Shown: positions 38,956 to 53,609, numbered from the stretch's first letter. The stretch is DNA of 64,000 nucleotides from Octopus sinensis (GCF_006345805.1 NC_043016.1:3844001-3908000), one strand, 5' to 3'. Numbers and translations are program-made. The notes: generated from the letters alone by a model not told the origin.

Positions 38956-41900
38956 GATGTTTAGTACCACGTTAGATCTCATCCAGCAAGTCTATGACGA
39001 AAGCATGATGACAATCCTACCTTCTTTTCATGCATTTAACCTACCCCCAAACCTAGCTTGCCGTTCGATCACAGAGAGAATCGCTCATAAGCATTGTGAT
39101 TGATACGATAACCACCAGCAATTGATTGATTCAAATAAACTCTGGAAGGAAAATGTGCTGAAATTGTTCCCTTTCACTGTAACGAAGTCGTCTTGTGTCA
39201 GAAATTATAACTAACAACTTAGATTCTGATAATTTATATTTCTTAAGGTATATCATGAGGCGCAGATATAGCTGCTTTGTTAAGAAGATCGCTTTACAGC
39301 AACATGAACCGGGCTTTCCTCCAATGTATGGCACTTTGAGTAGTATCTTGTATCATAGCCTCGGACAAAACCGATTCCTTGTTTGTAAAAGTTTTTAGCA
39401 AAACATGGGCGGACGCCCGTCGGTTATGTATTAGAGCAGGGTAAACAGAATTTGTGTATCACACAATAATATTTTGCATTTGAACCATGATCATATATAT
39501 CAAATATGATATTTGCTATCTATCCGTTAGAAGATCGATAAGGTACTGGATATGATTGCTGGGTTCAATATAATCCTTTAGATAGAATCTCCTCCTTCTC
39601 CAAAGAGTATTATGTAATATGAGTATGTGATTAGATCCTTTAAGAACATTTATCTTTGTCATGCCTCGCCAGGAATTCAAACATTATTTCTCGTTATTGA
39701 TTTGTCATTTTCTTAGTTGAAAATACGTTTCATGTAATATAAACCGAATATGCCGTTGGATGCCAGATATTTTATTAAAGTCATTTAATAAGTAATCGGA
39801 ATTTATTTGGAACTGTGCATCAACTACAACGACGACGATGACGATGACAACAACAACCTCAACATTTGCAAAAGGCAACAAAAACTGATGTTCTCTTAAA
39901 TATTTATAGAATTTACTAACACACAATAACCCTACTGATAACATACTTTTAAACGAAAAATGTGATCTGAGCGAGATTTTGCTCCTAATTTCTATCATTT
40001 CAAAGCGCACGTAGACCACTAAAGAGGAATCATTCGTCTACAATTAAATTTGAAACCACCCACTAAAGACATCTCTAAAGATCATTAAAAACTACTTTAA
40101 ACCTTAGGTTCGGAACAGCAAGATATCGTTAGCTGTTTTTGAACCTTTAAATTTGAAAAATGAAATTTTCCTTACTTTTCTCAGCATAGCCATATACTCC
40201 ACTGGTTTTCATGCACCTATAATGCACTCCTGACATATCATTTGCAATTTCTTATTGACGTAAAATCTACCTCGATGGTTCGGCTTACAGGTGGTTTTTA
40301 TTCTTACCCATAAGAAGTAGGTGGCCATAACCCTGCATATAGATTTTCTTTTCAGGAAATTCTTCCAGTTGGATGTTTGAAACACTCATGTATGCTTTTC
40401 TTAAATTATAATATCATTGAATTATAGGATTCTTTATAAAAAAATCAAATTGATCCCCGTGTTAGACTGATGCTTTATTATATAGAATCCCGCCTCAGAA
40501 GAACGAGAGGCAAATTTAACCTCGACAGGAATTGAACTCGGAAATGAAATACCGATATTCTATCGATTCTACAAACTCTCAGTTATCATTATCACTTGAT
40601 GTCAATACTCCTGTATGCAGTTTACTCAGTGCATAAGGTGCTTTTGGATTATTAATTTTACTCGATTGATGGCCATTTAAAGTAATGTTTAAATACAAAA
40701 TTAGGCTTGATAGATATAAATTCTACGTTTACGATGGATTTTCTCTGATAGCCCTCTATGTGAATAAAGTACTACAAAAGCTATTAGCTTCTCATTAAGC
40801 ATGTTATGTCTCAAGAATTCCATTACCATCCATTACCGCTTTCTGCCACCTAAATAGTTACATTGTTATTACCAGTAGAAAGGAGTGCTTCGCGCTTTGA
40901 TCTAAGTTAGAAACAAATAGGATGAAAGTAATTAAAGCATTTGAGAATTACTAGATTTCTTCTTGTTTTATGCATGTGATTCATTAAAAGTAATTAGCGG
41001 TGTTAACTAAGTGAATGTAGTATAAGAGATCTTTTCTGTTGCGGGAGGAGTAAGAGAAGTGTAGTGAAACGAAGTAAAAAATAGAGATAGATAGGTAGAT
41101 AGATAGAGAAAGAGAGAGAGAGAGAGAAAGAAAGAAAGTGAGAGAGAGAGAGAGAGAGAGAGTGAAAGTGGGTGAGAGAGAGAGAGAGAGATTTTAACAA
41201 ATCCATTTTCATTTAAAACATTTGAATCTATGTAATAGTTTTGTCTGGAGGTTAACTTTGTAAATACAAGTGGCGATATAAATACATGAATGGACACCGC
41301 GTTGCTGATGTCGAATATAAAGCTCTTATCAACTGCGGTGAATTCAGTTTTTGTTTTGTTCATAATTTGTCATTATAATCTATTCCGGATACAGTCACAC
41401 CAAATGTGTTTTCCTTTTTCTCCCCCGCAATGTTTGACTGTGACGATAGGGTGATTATAAAGAGTATTACGTTAAGCGGAATAACATAAAATATTAATTC
41501 ATGAGCAACAATGTCACAGTCAAATTAAGTGATTTGGGGTCAGAGTTTTGGCTGTATCACAATAACCGTTATATGAGTACAAGCACAAATTATAATTTCT
41601 TTTTTCACTTATCTCACTGAATGAAACGATCTAATTCCTTAATCTCAAGAGATTGTTATGAATTTAAACTATACTGTCCTGATACTGGTCTAGGTTATAT
41701 TAAGTGCAGTTAACATTCTTCGTAAAATTATGGAGATAAAAAAAATAAAACAAAATATGCACAATTATGTTATTCTGTTTACTGATTGAGTCAAATTGCT
41801 CGAAAAGGTGACTAATAAAACAGATCAACAATTGAGACTTTCAGTTTTAGAGTGTCAAGCAGAGGCTAAAGAAACTCATGTGATATTAGCGACTATATTA

Positions 41901-42564
41901 GGATGAAACAAAGAGAAAATCGTAATTCGATAGTTTTACTGAAGTTGAAGATAAATTCCGTTTTGAGGAAAGGTGAAGCCATATCTGGCGAGTCTGTTTT
42001 TTTCTGTCCGGGACTCTTACGAAATATTGTTGAAGAAGGAAACAAAACACTAATGTTCACATACGTCCACACTCGCGCACACACGCATATATACACGCGT
42101 ATAGCTTTGTTAAGCGATACGCAAACAAACTAGTGGAGACGAGAATACGTTTAAGTTTGGAAAATGTCGGAGTGGTGAGATTGGGGAGACTTACAGGAAG
42201 ATTCGTTTAACACTCACAGTTGACAATCTTTTTGTTCTTCTTCTCCCACCGGAAGACCCTTTCACTGTTGACCAACTTCCTAGCTAGCGCTCAGCGAAGT
42301 TCCTGTCTACAGTTCGTCTGTCATGAATCTTGCCCTACAAGCACACAGTTTCTATTTGGGGAATTCCACTTATAAGGGATTTGTCAGTACGATAGACTTC
42401 ACCTCTTAGAGTGCCGCGTATTTGGATTGAATCTTACAATACGTGGTTGCGAATAGAGATTCTTACGTATGCAACCAAGCACGCGCTTATGAATTTTTGT
42501 TCGAAGCAAACCCCACGTGGCCTGGGAGTGAGCACCCAGCTTTGAATAAATAGTAGACATCGCT

Positions 42565-42780
42565 TAGATGGCCAGCTGGCAGAATCGTTTGCATGCCAAG
42601 CAAAATGGTTTGCGGCACTTCGTCTGTCTTCGCGTTTTGGATTCAAACGCTACCAGGGTCAACTTTGCCCTTCATCCTTTTGAGCTGATAAAGTAAGTAC
42701 CAGTTAAGTACCGGGGTCAATGTAATCGACTTACTCTCTCGTCCGAAATTGTTGGCTTTCTGCCAAAATTTAAATCAACA
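42565..42780 (+). mobile_element. SINE family A (diverged)
   Basis: GCTGGCAGAATCGTT...GGATTCAAAC...GTCAACTTTGCCCTTCATCCTTT...AAGTACCAG. Confidence 0.8.
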
Positions 42781-42847
42781 TATTATATACACCGTATTGA
42801 GTACTTTGTCACCTGTTTGCATGCGCCAACGAATGCCCACGCTTTCG

Positions 42848-42850
42848 ATA

Positions 42851-42919
<69 letters not shown>

Positions 42920-43022
42920 CATATATATGTATACATACAATAATATATATATACATATATATATACATATATATATGTATATATATTATATATATATATA
43001 AATATGTATATATGTATATAGA

Positions 43023-43087
<65 letters not shown>
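42848..43087. repeat. (TA)n microsatellite
   Basis: Seen directly. Confidence 0.95.
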
Positions 43088-43090
<3 letters not shown>

Positions 43091-43239
43091 ATGGAGTCTC
43101 CTGTGTCGTTAGGTAACGTATGAGGGCTCCTCAAATTCTAGCTGAACAATCAAGCATGTTTGTGTACACATAAGCCCACACCCCAATCAAATCGACATTA
43201 CCTGTACACGTACACAAGTGCACAACACGTTAGATGTCG

Positions 43240-43378
43240 AAAGGATCGAAATGCCGAAAGCAACGTGAAATGATGTGATTCACTCTGGAACGCTACGTAC
43301 CACCCGGTCAGGGAATCGAATCTACGATCGCTAGATCATGAATGTAACACCCTAACCACTAGGCTACGCGCCTTCACA
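43240..43378 (-). mobile_element. tRNA-derived SINE family C head
   Basis: Minus: GAAGGCGCGTAGCCTAGTGGTTAGGG...GATTCGATTCCC; homologous to 51195-51310. Confidence 0.7.
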
Positions 43379-44159
43379 CACATGCGCGTGCGCACATATA
43401 TCTATAGCCTTATATTGAACCTTTCATGTCCTATTTTTTTGTGTAATTCCAAAAGGGTAAAGATTAAGCCTCCTGACCTCTTTCCTCGCAGTGATAAATG
43501 TATGATAGACGACTATAACCTTTTAAACTTTAAGGGATATGATAGGAGAGGCTGTAAAAGCGTGTGGTGAGATTAGGGTTATTCTTCTACGTAAAATGAT
43601 ATTAAATCGATTTGGGGAATGATGCTAATTATGAATTAAAAATACTGTAACACAGAAACACAAACTATTAGAAAACAACTTCTTGTGGTATCTCATTAAC
43701 ATCTTTTTATATTCTGAGTTCGAATTACTTCTAGGCTAACTGAGCTTTCCGTTGCCGATACAAAGAGCTTTTCTCAGTACTGGGATCGCTCGGTAGAAGT
43801 GTCTAGTCACTGGCCTTACAAAATTGCTGCTTGGAGCAAGAATAAGAAACAAGCATTATTCGTTAGTTGCTAAAGAATTTTAATCCCACCAAGGGTCAGC
43901 TCGGCTTTTCATCTCTCCGATACCAGTTATTATTGTTTAGCTCTAAGTCAGCCCTGACCGAGAAGACTATGAGTATAGGATATTTTTAGAGGCATTAGAA
44001 CTATATTATTCAATGATTCATTTCTAAGACGGATGGACAGAGAGGTCATCAAAGCTGATGATATTGTGCAATCTACTATATCTTCATTCTACTTGGATTT
44101 AGTCTTCTCATCTACAATTAAAAAATTAGTATATACACTTATAGCTCTGAATCATTATT

Positions 44160-44375
44160 ATTTTCTACAGTAAGCACAAGGCCCGAAAACTTTGGGGAGA
44201 GGGCTAGTCGATTTGATCGACTCCAGTATGTAACTGGTAGTTAATTTATCGACCTCGAAAGGTTGAAAGGCAAAGTGGACCTCGGCGGAATTTGAACTCA
44301 GAACATAAAGACAGACGAAATCTCGATAAGCATTTCACCCGGTGTGCTAACGTTTCTGCCAGCCAACCGCCGCCT
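44160..44375 (-). mobile_element. SINE family A
   Basis: Same as 33040-33250. CTGAATCA on both flanks (~44147, ~44381) is a possible TSD. Confidence 0.85.
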
Positions 44376-45148
44376 TAATTCTGAATCAGTATTGATTGAT
44401 TGCAAGGTGATACTTAGTTTGGCTACAAGTTAAGTGTTAGTTGACTTGCAACAAATTTAGTTGCAGTTGATTGGTTGAACGCTGATTTTCAGTTGATTTT
44501 CTGCAAAGTACATCTTAGTTGATTGTTTACAAGTCGAGTATTTGATAATTGGTTGCTAACTGAATCGTCACTGATTAGGTACAAGGTGGGTTTTCAACAC
44601 TAATTAAGTCTCCATTTGAACCACTCCTCTCCGGTTACACTTTCTGCTTAACATTCAAAAGGGGTCGGATAGCAAGTTTCCATAACAAGACGAATGTACC
44701 GAAAAACAGACACTTTTATATCTAATCGAAGTAAACTGACTTCTTTTTACAACTGCTTCTTTTTACATATGTCCGACCCAGATTTATTCACATAGTTTTG
44801 GATGTCTCAAGGCTATTGTTAGTGAAAGTGATTTGTGAAAAGTGCTGGAAAGTCGTGTTGTGTTAAATATATTTTTAAAATATTGTACCTCCATAACGCT
44901 TGTAAGTGCACAGAAATTATGCGTAAGCACATACCAAGCTGGGTGGATTCTTTTTATCTTTTGTCAATAGATGGCTTTTCAGACAAAGCTGAAATCTCAA
45001 GCGCCGTTTGCACTATAGTTTCTAGTCCAGTTCTTTGTATTTTTGTTTTGTATTGATTATGATAATACTTAGAACGGACTACTGAACCTTTGGGTGGTAG
45101 AAATAGCAGTTTAATCTCGATCAAATTCGAAACTCAATAGTATATTTG

Positions 45149-45180
<32 letters not shown>

Positions 45181-45249
45181 TGTATGTATGTATGTATGTA
45201 TGTATGTATGTATGTATGTATGTATGTATGTATATGTATGTTGTTACTG

Positions 45250-45286
<37 letters not shown>

Positions 45287-45302
45287 CTATCCATATATAT
45301 AG

Positions 45303-45344
<42 letters not shown>

Positions 45345-46510
45345 TTGTGTGTGTGTAGATATGTATATGTATACGCACACATATACTACAAAGGGAAAGG
45401 CGACATTGAACGATGTGGCCCTAACTATAGCGCAATTACACTTACACACAAAAGTAGGTTTGGCCACGGCTGCAACACGTCAGGAGTCGACTTGATTATA
45501 CGAACCCAGGGTTAAACAACAACAACAACAGTAACAACAAGATTAGATGGTGTCTTACTGACCAGTGTTGCCTCACAGACCGGGTGACGCCCATACGCAT
45601 TTAGCATTGCTTTCTTGAATATGATACTGTATTGATAGACGTGGTTCCTCTGGGAGTAAAGTCAGAATCAAAAGACACTGAGATAGCTTCAGTTACAAAA
45701 TGAAACGAAGTGACTTGCAGATCCAAGGGGCACTTTTTGGTTTCTTTGTTTTCGTTTTTCCCTTTTTGATGGGCTGTGATATTGCGAATGCTCAACACTT
45801 ACACGCTTACTCATACGTACATACAAATGCACAAATACACAACATATATATATATTATATATATAAATACTAATATATATATATATATATATACATACAC
45901 GCACACACACACACACAGACACACACTCATATATATATGCGATTTTGTATTACAAAGGAGAGAAAGAGTACTCAGTTTGCTACAGAGAGTATAATTATTT
46001 ATTTACACGAAGCTCGTATTTCATTTTTCCAGCGGAAACTCTGAGTAGGAAAGGAATGAAGTATCAGTTTCTTGTATATTTATGCATACACACACACACA
46101 CACACACTCACACAAAGACACGCATACACATGCATATGTATATTTATATAAATATATAGTATATATATATGTATGTATATGTCTGCATGCTTGTGATTTT
46201 GATATTTTGTGTGTGGTGTGTGAGTAGGTAGGAATTCGGTGTCAGGACCATGTCTTAGTGCATATTTTTGTTTTTCTCGGTTAGTCACTTTTCCCTTTCT
46301 TTCTTTGCGCGCACACAACCACACACACACACACACAAAGATATCAACACAGATACACGCAAATATATGTTTGAGAGTGCAAACAAGACAAAAAAATTCA
46401 ATACATGTTAATTCAGATATCATCATGCGATGCCACAGAATCAAAACATTTCTGATGGTATTCTTTCTACCAATGCTTTTTCCGAAGCTTGTTTCTAATA
46501 TTAAGTGAAT

Positions 46511-46560
<50 letters not shown>

Positions 46561-47159
46561 TCATCCCCCCCCTCTCGCCTCTCTCTCTCTCTCTCTCATC
46601 TCTCCTCTCGCTCTCTCTCAGCTCTTTTTTTAAAGTTGGAAATGATTTCTTTGAAGAGATAATGCTTATTGCTCTATTTATACTCCCATGCTATGACTGG
46701 GTTTCAGACACCATAAGTTAATGTTATGCTTGTCTTCTTACCAACAAAGAAGCTCTTTCGATCAGTTAATGTAAAGAATTGCGATTTCAACTGTGGATTA
46801 CTTAAATTTCAATAATGTTGTAGCAGTTTTAATTTATCAATTGTCATCACTGATCTAGGTATTCAATGATCAGAAACATTTTCTGCTATGATTAACACAT
46901 TTAACAACCGTAGTGTAGACATTTACATTTCATTTCTCAGGCAACACATCATATTTGAGGTAAATATGGGAGGTATTTGCACATGTCAAGCAAAGCATAT
47001 AGAAATGCTCGTTCATTCATCAACCCCAAATTACGTACACACACACAACACACACACACACACACACACACGAACGCACGCACGCACGCACGCACGTACG
47101 CACGCATACAGACACACTTTATATATACACATTCCTAAATTTACGTAGTTGCAATTCGC

Positions 47160-47450
47160 TATAGCCTTTTCAAATTCGCTAGATTAGAATATGATATTTT
47201 CGCATTACTTTTTATCAAGTTGTAATACTTTTGGTGGGATAGAGAAGTTTTGGGAGGATTTTGAATACGGTATGTATCCTGCAGATACTTACGTGTAGAA
47301 AGGTGAGTTGAACCAGACAATCTTTCTGTTCCTGTGTTTATATTTCTTTTTTCGATGTTGTCGTATACTGTACTCTTGTCAGTACCCTCTAATGTGAAGT
47401 ACGTTGATGTACAGTTTTGAAATTTCATTGAATACATCTCCATTAGAAGA
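47160..47450 (-). pseudogene. Possible Penelope-like thumb/linker remnant
   Basis: ...NPP...HQKYYNLIKSNAKISYSNLANL resembles the PLE KISYS...N motif. Confidence 0.4.
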
Positions 47451-47866
47451 TTCGCAAAATCATGCTCTTAAGAAGGCTCTTGGTTATACATTGTGACTGG
47501 CTGGGGAGTGAATGTCTGTATTAAAATTTATTTTCTATTGGTGCGTTATCATATAAAAGTTTCTAAGTTTGAGGTGACGTCTAGGAAGTTTACTGCTTTG
47601 AAATGTACCACAACATCGATTGAGACGCGGAAGTAATTTAAGAGGCGTTCTTTGTTTCTGAGTAAGTTTGTTAGGGATTAAAATTTTCTTAGGAGAAATA
47701 ATCCAAATAATGTTCATTTAAACCAAAAAGGAGTGCAATGCCAAGATATAAATTCCAGCACGAACATTTATGATTATATATACATATATATATAATGCAC
47801 ACATACGCATACGCACTCTCTCTCTCACACACAAATACACACACATATATATATAAGCATATGTAC

Positions 47867-47914
<48 letters not shown>

Positions 47915-49009
47915 TACACATATATACGTATGTATATATGCGTGTTCGTGTGTGCGCGCGTTTATACATGAAAGCCCAAACTATACACGCCATTTAACCA
48001 AGTGTAATTGTAGCAACCTTTCCGACTGCCTTCTACATAAAAATTGCTTCATTGCACAATGGTAACCAGGAGCGCCAGAGCAACAGCAGTCTCATATATA
48101 GGTTTGACTGCAGATAAAATCAAAATTAGACACCATCAACACACACAGATATTTTGTATCCAAAATAGGAGAAACGATATCTCACAGTCTCTGTTTGTCT
48201 ACTTGTCTGTCTGCCTTTCTTCCCTCCTTCTCTCTCTCTCTGTTTACACTCACGTACACATGCGCGAACAAGTATTGAAGTTAGGAAATGTCACACATAA
48301 TATTAATTTAAAAATCTTAACTTCCACACAACATTATTGAAGCAATCAACAAACCTTGAAAACTTTATACTGCTGAAGCTTTGCACATTTTCTTCTATAA
48401 AACTCAAATACCGAACTGAAACACTGAATTAGTCGCATCCTGTAAACTAAAATTTTTAAACCTCTGAAATACATTAATACATTACACCCATAAATTCTCT
48501 CAACAACTAATCATCTTCTTCCTCATAAAAATACACCAAGTAACAATATTCCTCTAACGATATTTTATATTCATTCTAAATGTACAGACATCTATCAGTA
48601 AAAAAATGTACCTTTCTTTTAAAGTGGCACACACATCTGATTATGAGTCTCTCTCTCCCCACTCTATCTCCCCTTTCTCTTTATATATATATATATAAAG
48701 TAGAAAGTATGGTGGGTGATTACATGTGGGTTGAATATATATAAAAAGAAATAAGATGAAAAACACAGAAGAATTGTTTCGAAAGACTAAAGAATATATT
48801 AGGATGATAATAGTAAAAGTATAATACAATATTGTACAAAAGAGTTTTTTCTTCCAATTTAATAACCGGTTTCGTTGTTGCTTTTCAAATTATCACTTTT
48901 AGATGAATTTCTGAATTAGACATTTTGTTTGTTAGGAGGAATATTTGGTAACCAAAGTATTTTACCGTAAAGGGGAGGTAAATCAGTAATTTTGTATATT
49001 AAGGTAAAT

Positions 49010-49690
49010 CTTTAATTTTCAATATGGGTTTATATTTAATTCCGGCTTATATATTTTCGGTAAATGAGGCTTCTTTCTTTAGTCGTACTTGTGTTGAGAT
49101 CGAAATAGCAAATTGTTATAATGGAAAGATTGGGAATTGTGATTGCAGTTGCTCTGCACATCTGTCAATGTGCTCACTGAGATATATCTGGTGATATTGT
49201 GGGGTGGATATTTGTTGTCTATGGACCGTACATCTCTGTCTGATCGACATTCCTTCCGATCCTATGTAATTTTTATGGCAGCCCGAGCATATCATAACGT
49301 AATTTTGAGGCGCAAATGAAGTTAGATTTAACTTTGAATTTTTGCTCTTGTCTAAAATGGAATCCTGATCATTCCAAAATATTGGGAAATGTTCAGCAGT
49401 TAGGACGACCACACTTTTTTACTCTTGCGTCCGTTATTCTTGAAAATAATTTAGCTTTTGTGAGAACTTTCTTTAATGTCATTGAAAATTTACTGCTTTT
49501 TATGATTTTATGAGTACATAAAATTTCCTTTAGTTGGGTCCTTATGGAGCATTGGGAGATTTTGGACAATGATGTTAAATACTTCTTTGTTTCTGAGGTT
49601 GTATGTGGAGATATAAGGTGGTGTTTTCAGAGTAGGTGTGTTACAGTGTTCGACTTTTCTTAATATTTTTATGCCAATCGATTTTGCAAC
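49010..49690 (-). pseudogene. Penelope-like C-terminal region with GIY-YIG endonuclease
   Basis: PYISTYNLRN...IIVQNLPMLHKDP, then YVMICSGCHKNYIGSEGMSIRQRCTVHRQQI...LSEHIDRC. Confidence 0.85.
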
Positions 49691-50040
49691 CTTAAGCAAG
49701 TGTCTTCTACTATAGCCTCGGACCGACCAAAGCCTTGTAAGTTTGGTAGACGGAAACTGAAACACACACACACACACACACACACATACACACATGTATA
49801 TATGTGTGTGTATGTGTGTCTTTCTGGCTGTTTGTCTCCCCCAACATCACTTGACAACCTGGAGTGTTTACGTTTGTTTACGTGTGATGCTGGTGTGTTT
49901 ACGTCCTCGTAACCTAGCGTTTCGACAAAAGAGAACGATCGAATAAGTACTGGGGTCAATACATTTAGCTAAAAGTTCTTCAAGGCGGTGCTCCAGCATG
50001 GCCGTAGTCTTTTGACTGAGATAAGTAAAAGATAAAAGGT
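49690..50040 (+). mobile_element. SINE family B (5'-truncated)
   Basis: CAAGTGTCTTCTACTATAGCC...GGTAGACGGAAACTGAAA...GGCGGTGCTCCAGCATGGCCG. Confidence 0.8.
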
Positions 50041-50129
50041 ATACCATATTGCTATTAGTTTGTATACATACCTAATTCATATACGAGTATTATTTGCCTG
50101 TTTATAATTATGTTACATAATTAAGCATA

Positions 50130-50160
50130 CTAGCTGGACCCGTGAAAAGTTCACGGAAAA
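50130..50160 (-). mobile_element. Candidate Helitron 3' terminus
   Basis: Minus: CCGTGAA CTT TTCACGG (hairpin) GTCCAG CTAG|T, matching the hairpin + CTRR-3' + T signature. 5' end not located. Confidence 0.5.
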
Positions 50161-50391
50161 TATGAAAAATGTAAACATCTGTAAATTGTGTGCTGGTGCC
50201 ATAAGAAATGTTTCTATATTGTGTGACAGTTGGAGAATATAGAAAAAAGTCTAAAACCGATAACTATATAATCCAACCAAAATATCTCAGTTACACAAAC
50301 GTAAACAGAATTACTATTTAGCCTTAAAATGCATCGTACATATTCAAAGAAACTTATTGGTTTAGGGGCACGGAATGTTCTTTTGATATTC

Positions 50392-50715
50392 TTTTATTCT
50401 TTTAATTGTTTTAGTCATTTGACGGTGGCCATGCTTGAGCACCGCATTTTAGTCGAAGAAATCGACCCCTGGTCTTAATCCCTGTAAGCCTGGTTGCTTA
50501 TTCTATCAGTCTCTTCTGCCGAACAGCTAAGTTACGAGGACGCAAACACACCAACATTGGTTGCTAAACAATGGTGATGGGGGACAAACACAGACACAAG
50601 CACACACACACACGTGCGCGCGCACACACACATATGATGGGTTTCTTTCAGTTTTCTTCTACCAAATTTACTCACAAGTCTTTGGTCGGCCAGAGGCTAT
50701 AGTAGAAGACACTCT
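50392..50715 (-). mobile_element. SINE family B (5'-truncated)
   Basis: Homologous to 11435-11760. Confidence 0.8.
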
Positions 50716-51194
50716 TCAAAGTATAGAGTTGAATTTCGTGTAGCCACCTGTTGGCATCTTTTCTCCCCCACCCATTTTGTAGGGGCTTTTTTCACAGCTA
50801 TACCCCATTCGAAATTTGCATTAGATTTTATATGAAAAAGAAGGAGATGGGGTTTGTTAGTAGATTGTAAAGAAAAAGTTAAACGTGTCTGAAAAAAAAA
50901 CATGGTCAACACCCTCAACCAAAAGACACGAAGAACTATGGAAGAAGGTGAATAAGTACCGGGCGTGGGGGAAAGAAGAGAGAACTAACAGTCGATCTTT
51001 CTAGAACTCCCAGAATAAAAACGTAAACACTTGAAAGACTTTCCCTCTTTTCATTACGAAATGTCTTTCCCTCTTCTTCATTGCTAAAAGTAAAGAAGCT
51101 GGAAAATATCGATCGTATTTCAGTCTAATTTTCATTGTAAATTTCCTTTCTCTGTCTCTATCGCTTCACTCTTTTTCTCTATGGTTAAGAGAGT

Positions 51195-51520
51195 GAAGGC
51201 ACGTGGCTTAGTGGTTAGGAGTATTCGGCCCATGATCGTAAAATCACGAGTGCGATTCCCTGCAGCGTGCTGTGTTTTTGAGCGAGGTACTCTACTTCAC
51301 CTTGCTGCAGTCCACTCAGCTAGTCAAAATGAGTTGTAGGTAGTTGTAATTCAAAGGAGCCAACCTTGTCCCATTCTATGCGAGGCTGAATCTCCCCGAG
51401 AACTGACTTTTGGTATGCTTGTCTGTGGAGTACTCAGCCACTTGCGCGTTAATTTTACGAGTAGACTGTTCGTTGATCAAATAAACAGGAACCTCGTCGT
51501 TGTAACCGACGGAGTGCTAT
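51195..51520 (+). mobile_element. tRNA-derived SINE family C
   Basis: GGCACGTGGCTTAGTGGTTAGG (A box), GAGTGCGATTCCC (B box); partial second copy at ~51835-51962. Confidence 0.75.
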
Positions 51521-52526
51521 TTTTAAAAAAAGAGTGAAATAAAAGGAAATATTCCATATGGTAAGGCAAAAATGTATTGTGTTTTTTGTATAAGCAGCGA
51601 AATCTAAGACTAAATAATTGCTATTCTGTCGAGTATTCGCCTTCGACTAATGCTCAGTTTGATAACAGCCTGTGCATCGGTGTTTATCTGGGGGCTTGGC
51701 CTCCAGATCTGTGAGACCCACAAATATCGCTGTTAGGACCGCTTTAACACCCATAGTGACCCTAATGACTAAAAAGATTTTCCTGACCCTATATAGGACC
51801 TTTTTGCGTTTTCTTCCAACCACTTGAAGGTTTGTCTTGCTCCAGTCCACCTAGCTAGCCAAAATGAATTGTAGCTGTAATTAAAAGAAGCGAACCATGT
51901 CATATTCTGTGCGAAGCTGAATTTCCATGAGAACTACATTAGTGATATGCATGTCTGTGTAGTTAATTGATTTTCGTGTGGTAATGAAAAGTGAGTGACA
52001 TCCAATATTTGCTATGTCTATGTATCAACTTTTTTTAATCTATGTATTTACTGTCTCTCTTACTTTCTCTCTTTCCCTTTCAATTCCTCTGCGTCCCTCC
52101 TCTCTCTCCTGCTTTTAATTTAATAATGTGTGTATGGATCTATGTATCAACTTTTCTTTCGATCAATGTATCTACTTTTCTTGCGATATGATAAACATTT
52201 AAAGCCACAAAACGAACGCAGTCACCACTCACTGTCTCTTTCACTCTCTGTCTCTTTCTCTCTCGCTCTCTCTTCCTCTCTTATTTCCTCTCTGTCCTCT
52301 CTCTCTCTCTCTCGCTTTGCCACTCACTTCTTCCTTTGAAATAAGTGTGTCACACACCAGAGGTACGGACAAAAAAAAAAAAAACAAGCAAAGCTAAGCG
52401 TATCAATATTATTGATACCAGAAGTATAATGTACTTACATTAGTTATTTATGCACAAATATACAAATATGCAATCATGCTTATACATGTGTGTACAAACA
52501 CATGTTTATGTCAGTCTATCTGCATT

Positions 52527-52583
<57 letters not shown>

Positions 52584-53578
52584 ATATATATATTTATACA
52601 ACTATAAGTGAAGGTGATTTTATTATTTTTGTATGGCAATGAGTTCAAATATGTTTTTGTTATTTCGTGTATACTGTTCTGCTTTTATTTTTTACATATA
52701 CACACAGGAAGTAACATACATTTCGTGCATGTGTGCGTGTGTGCACATGTGTGAGTGTGTGTTTGTGTGTGTGTGTATGTGTGAATGTGAATCAAGGTGC
52801 TGGCCTTCATATTTGCATATCTACATTAATATATACTCATATGTTTGTGTTGGAGTGACCATGTTCACCTGTGGGTGTTTCATGCATTATTACACCACAC
52901 CTACGTTCTCGAAGCGTTGCTTCTCCTACAAATTAAACCAAGATTATCTGTAAGAATTGAAGAACCAAACCAATATTCAGTCAGATGAAACATCGAAGTA
53001 GCTGTGAACCATTTCTACTACTGTTCTGAAAAGTGCTGAATAATTCTTCAATTTGATATTTAAAATACACATAAAAAGAAACGTTAATGAATATGTGTAA
53101 AGGTGCTGGAGTTACTGTGTGCTAAGAAGTTTGCTTCCCAGCTGCAGGGATCCAAATTCAATTCCTCTGCGTAGCAACTTAGGCAAGTGTCTTGTAACTA
53201 TAGCCTTGAAACTGACCCTAAAAAACTGTGACAAGCTAGATCTCTAACAAGTCTTTTTTCCTGATATGTTAGTAGCTTCTAAGCTGCAGTGAAGGCAGCA
53301 TGTTCTTTGTCTATCTCCTTACCTTCTTGGAGGTTTTAGGTAAAATTATACTATTGTGTCCGTCTGTTTTAATTTAATTTAATTCTATGCATTTATGCAG
53401 CTGAGGATTGCTCTGCATTTAAATTGATGTAATGGTTGCATTGTTCAATTAAATGGAGTCGCTTGAAACGATCGTACTGCATTACTTCTGGATATCGTGT
53501 TGGTGATATATATAATATATATAGATATATATATATAGTGTGTGTGTGTGGTGTGTGTGTGTGTGTGGTGTGTGTGTG

Positions 53579-53609
<31 letters not shown>

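Noticed and set aside
44390-44585. Degenerate ~25-bp TTAGTTGATTG-like periodicity
   Set aside because: Low-identity minisatellite-like tract with no further structure.
48860-48990. Minus-strand CGAAACCGGTT downstream of a PLE GIY-YIG remnant
   Set aside because: Plausible HHR half, but no CTGANGA or stem II could be paired.
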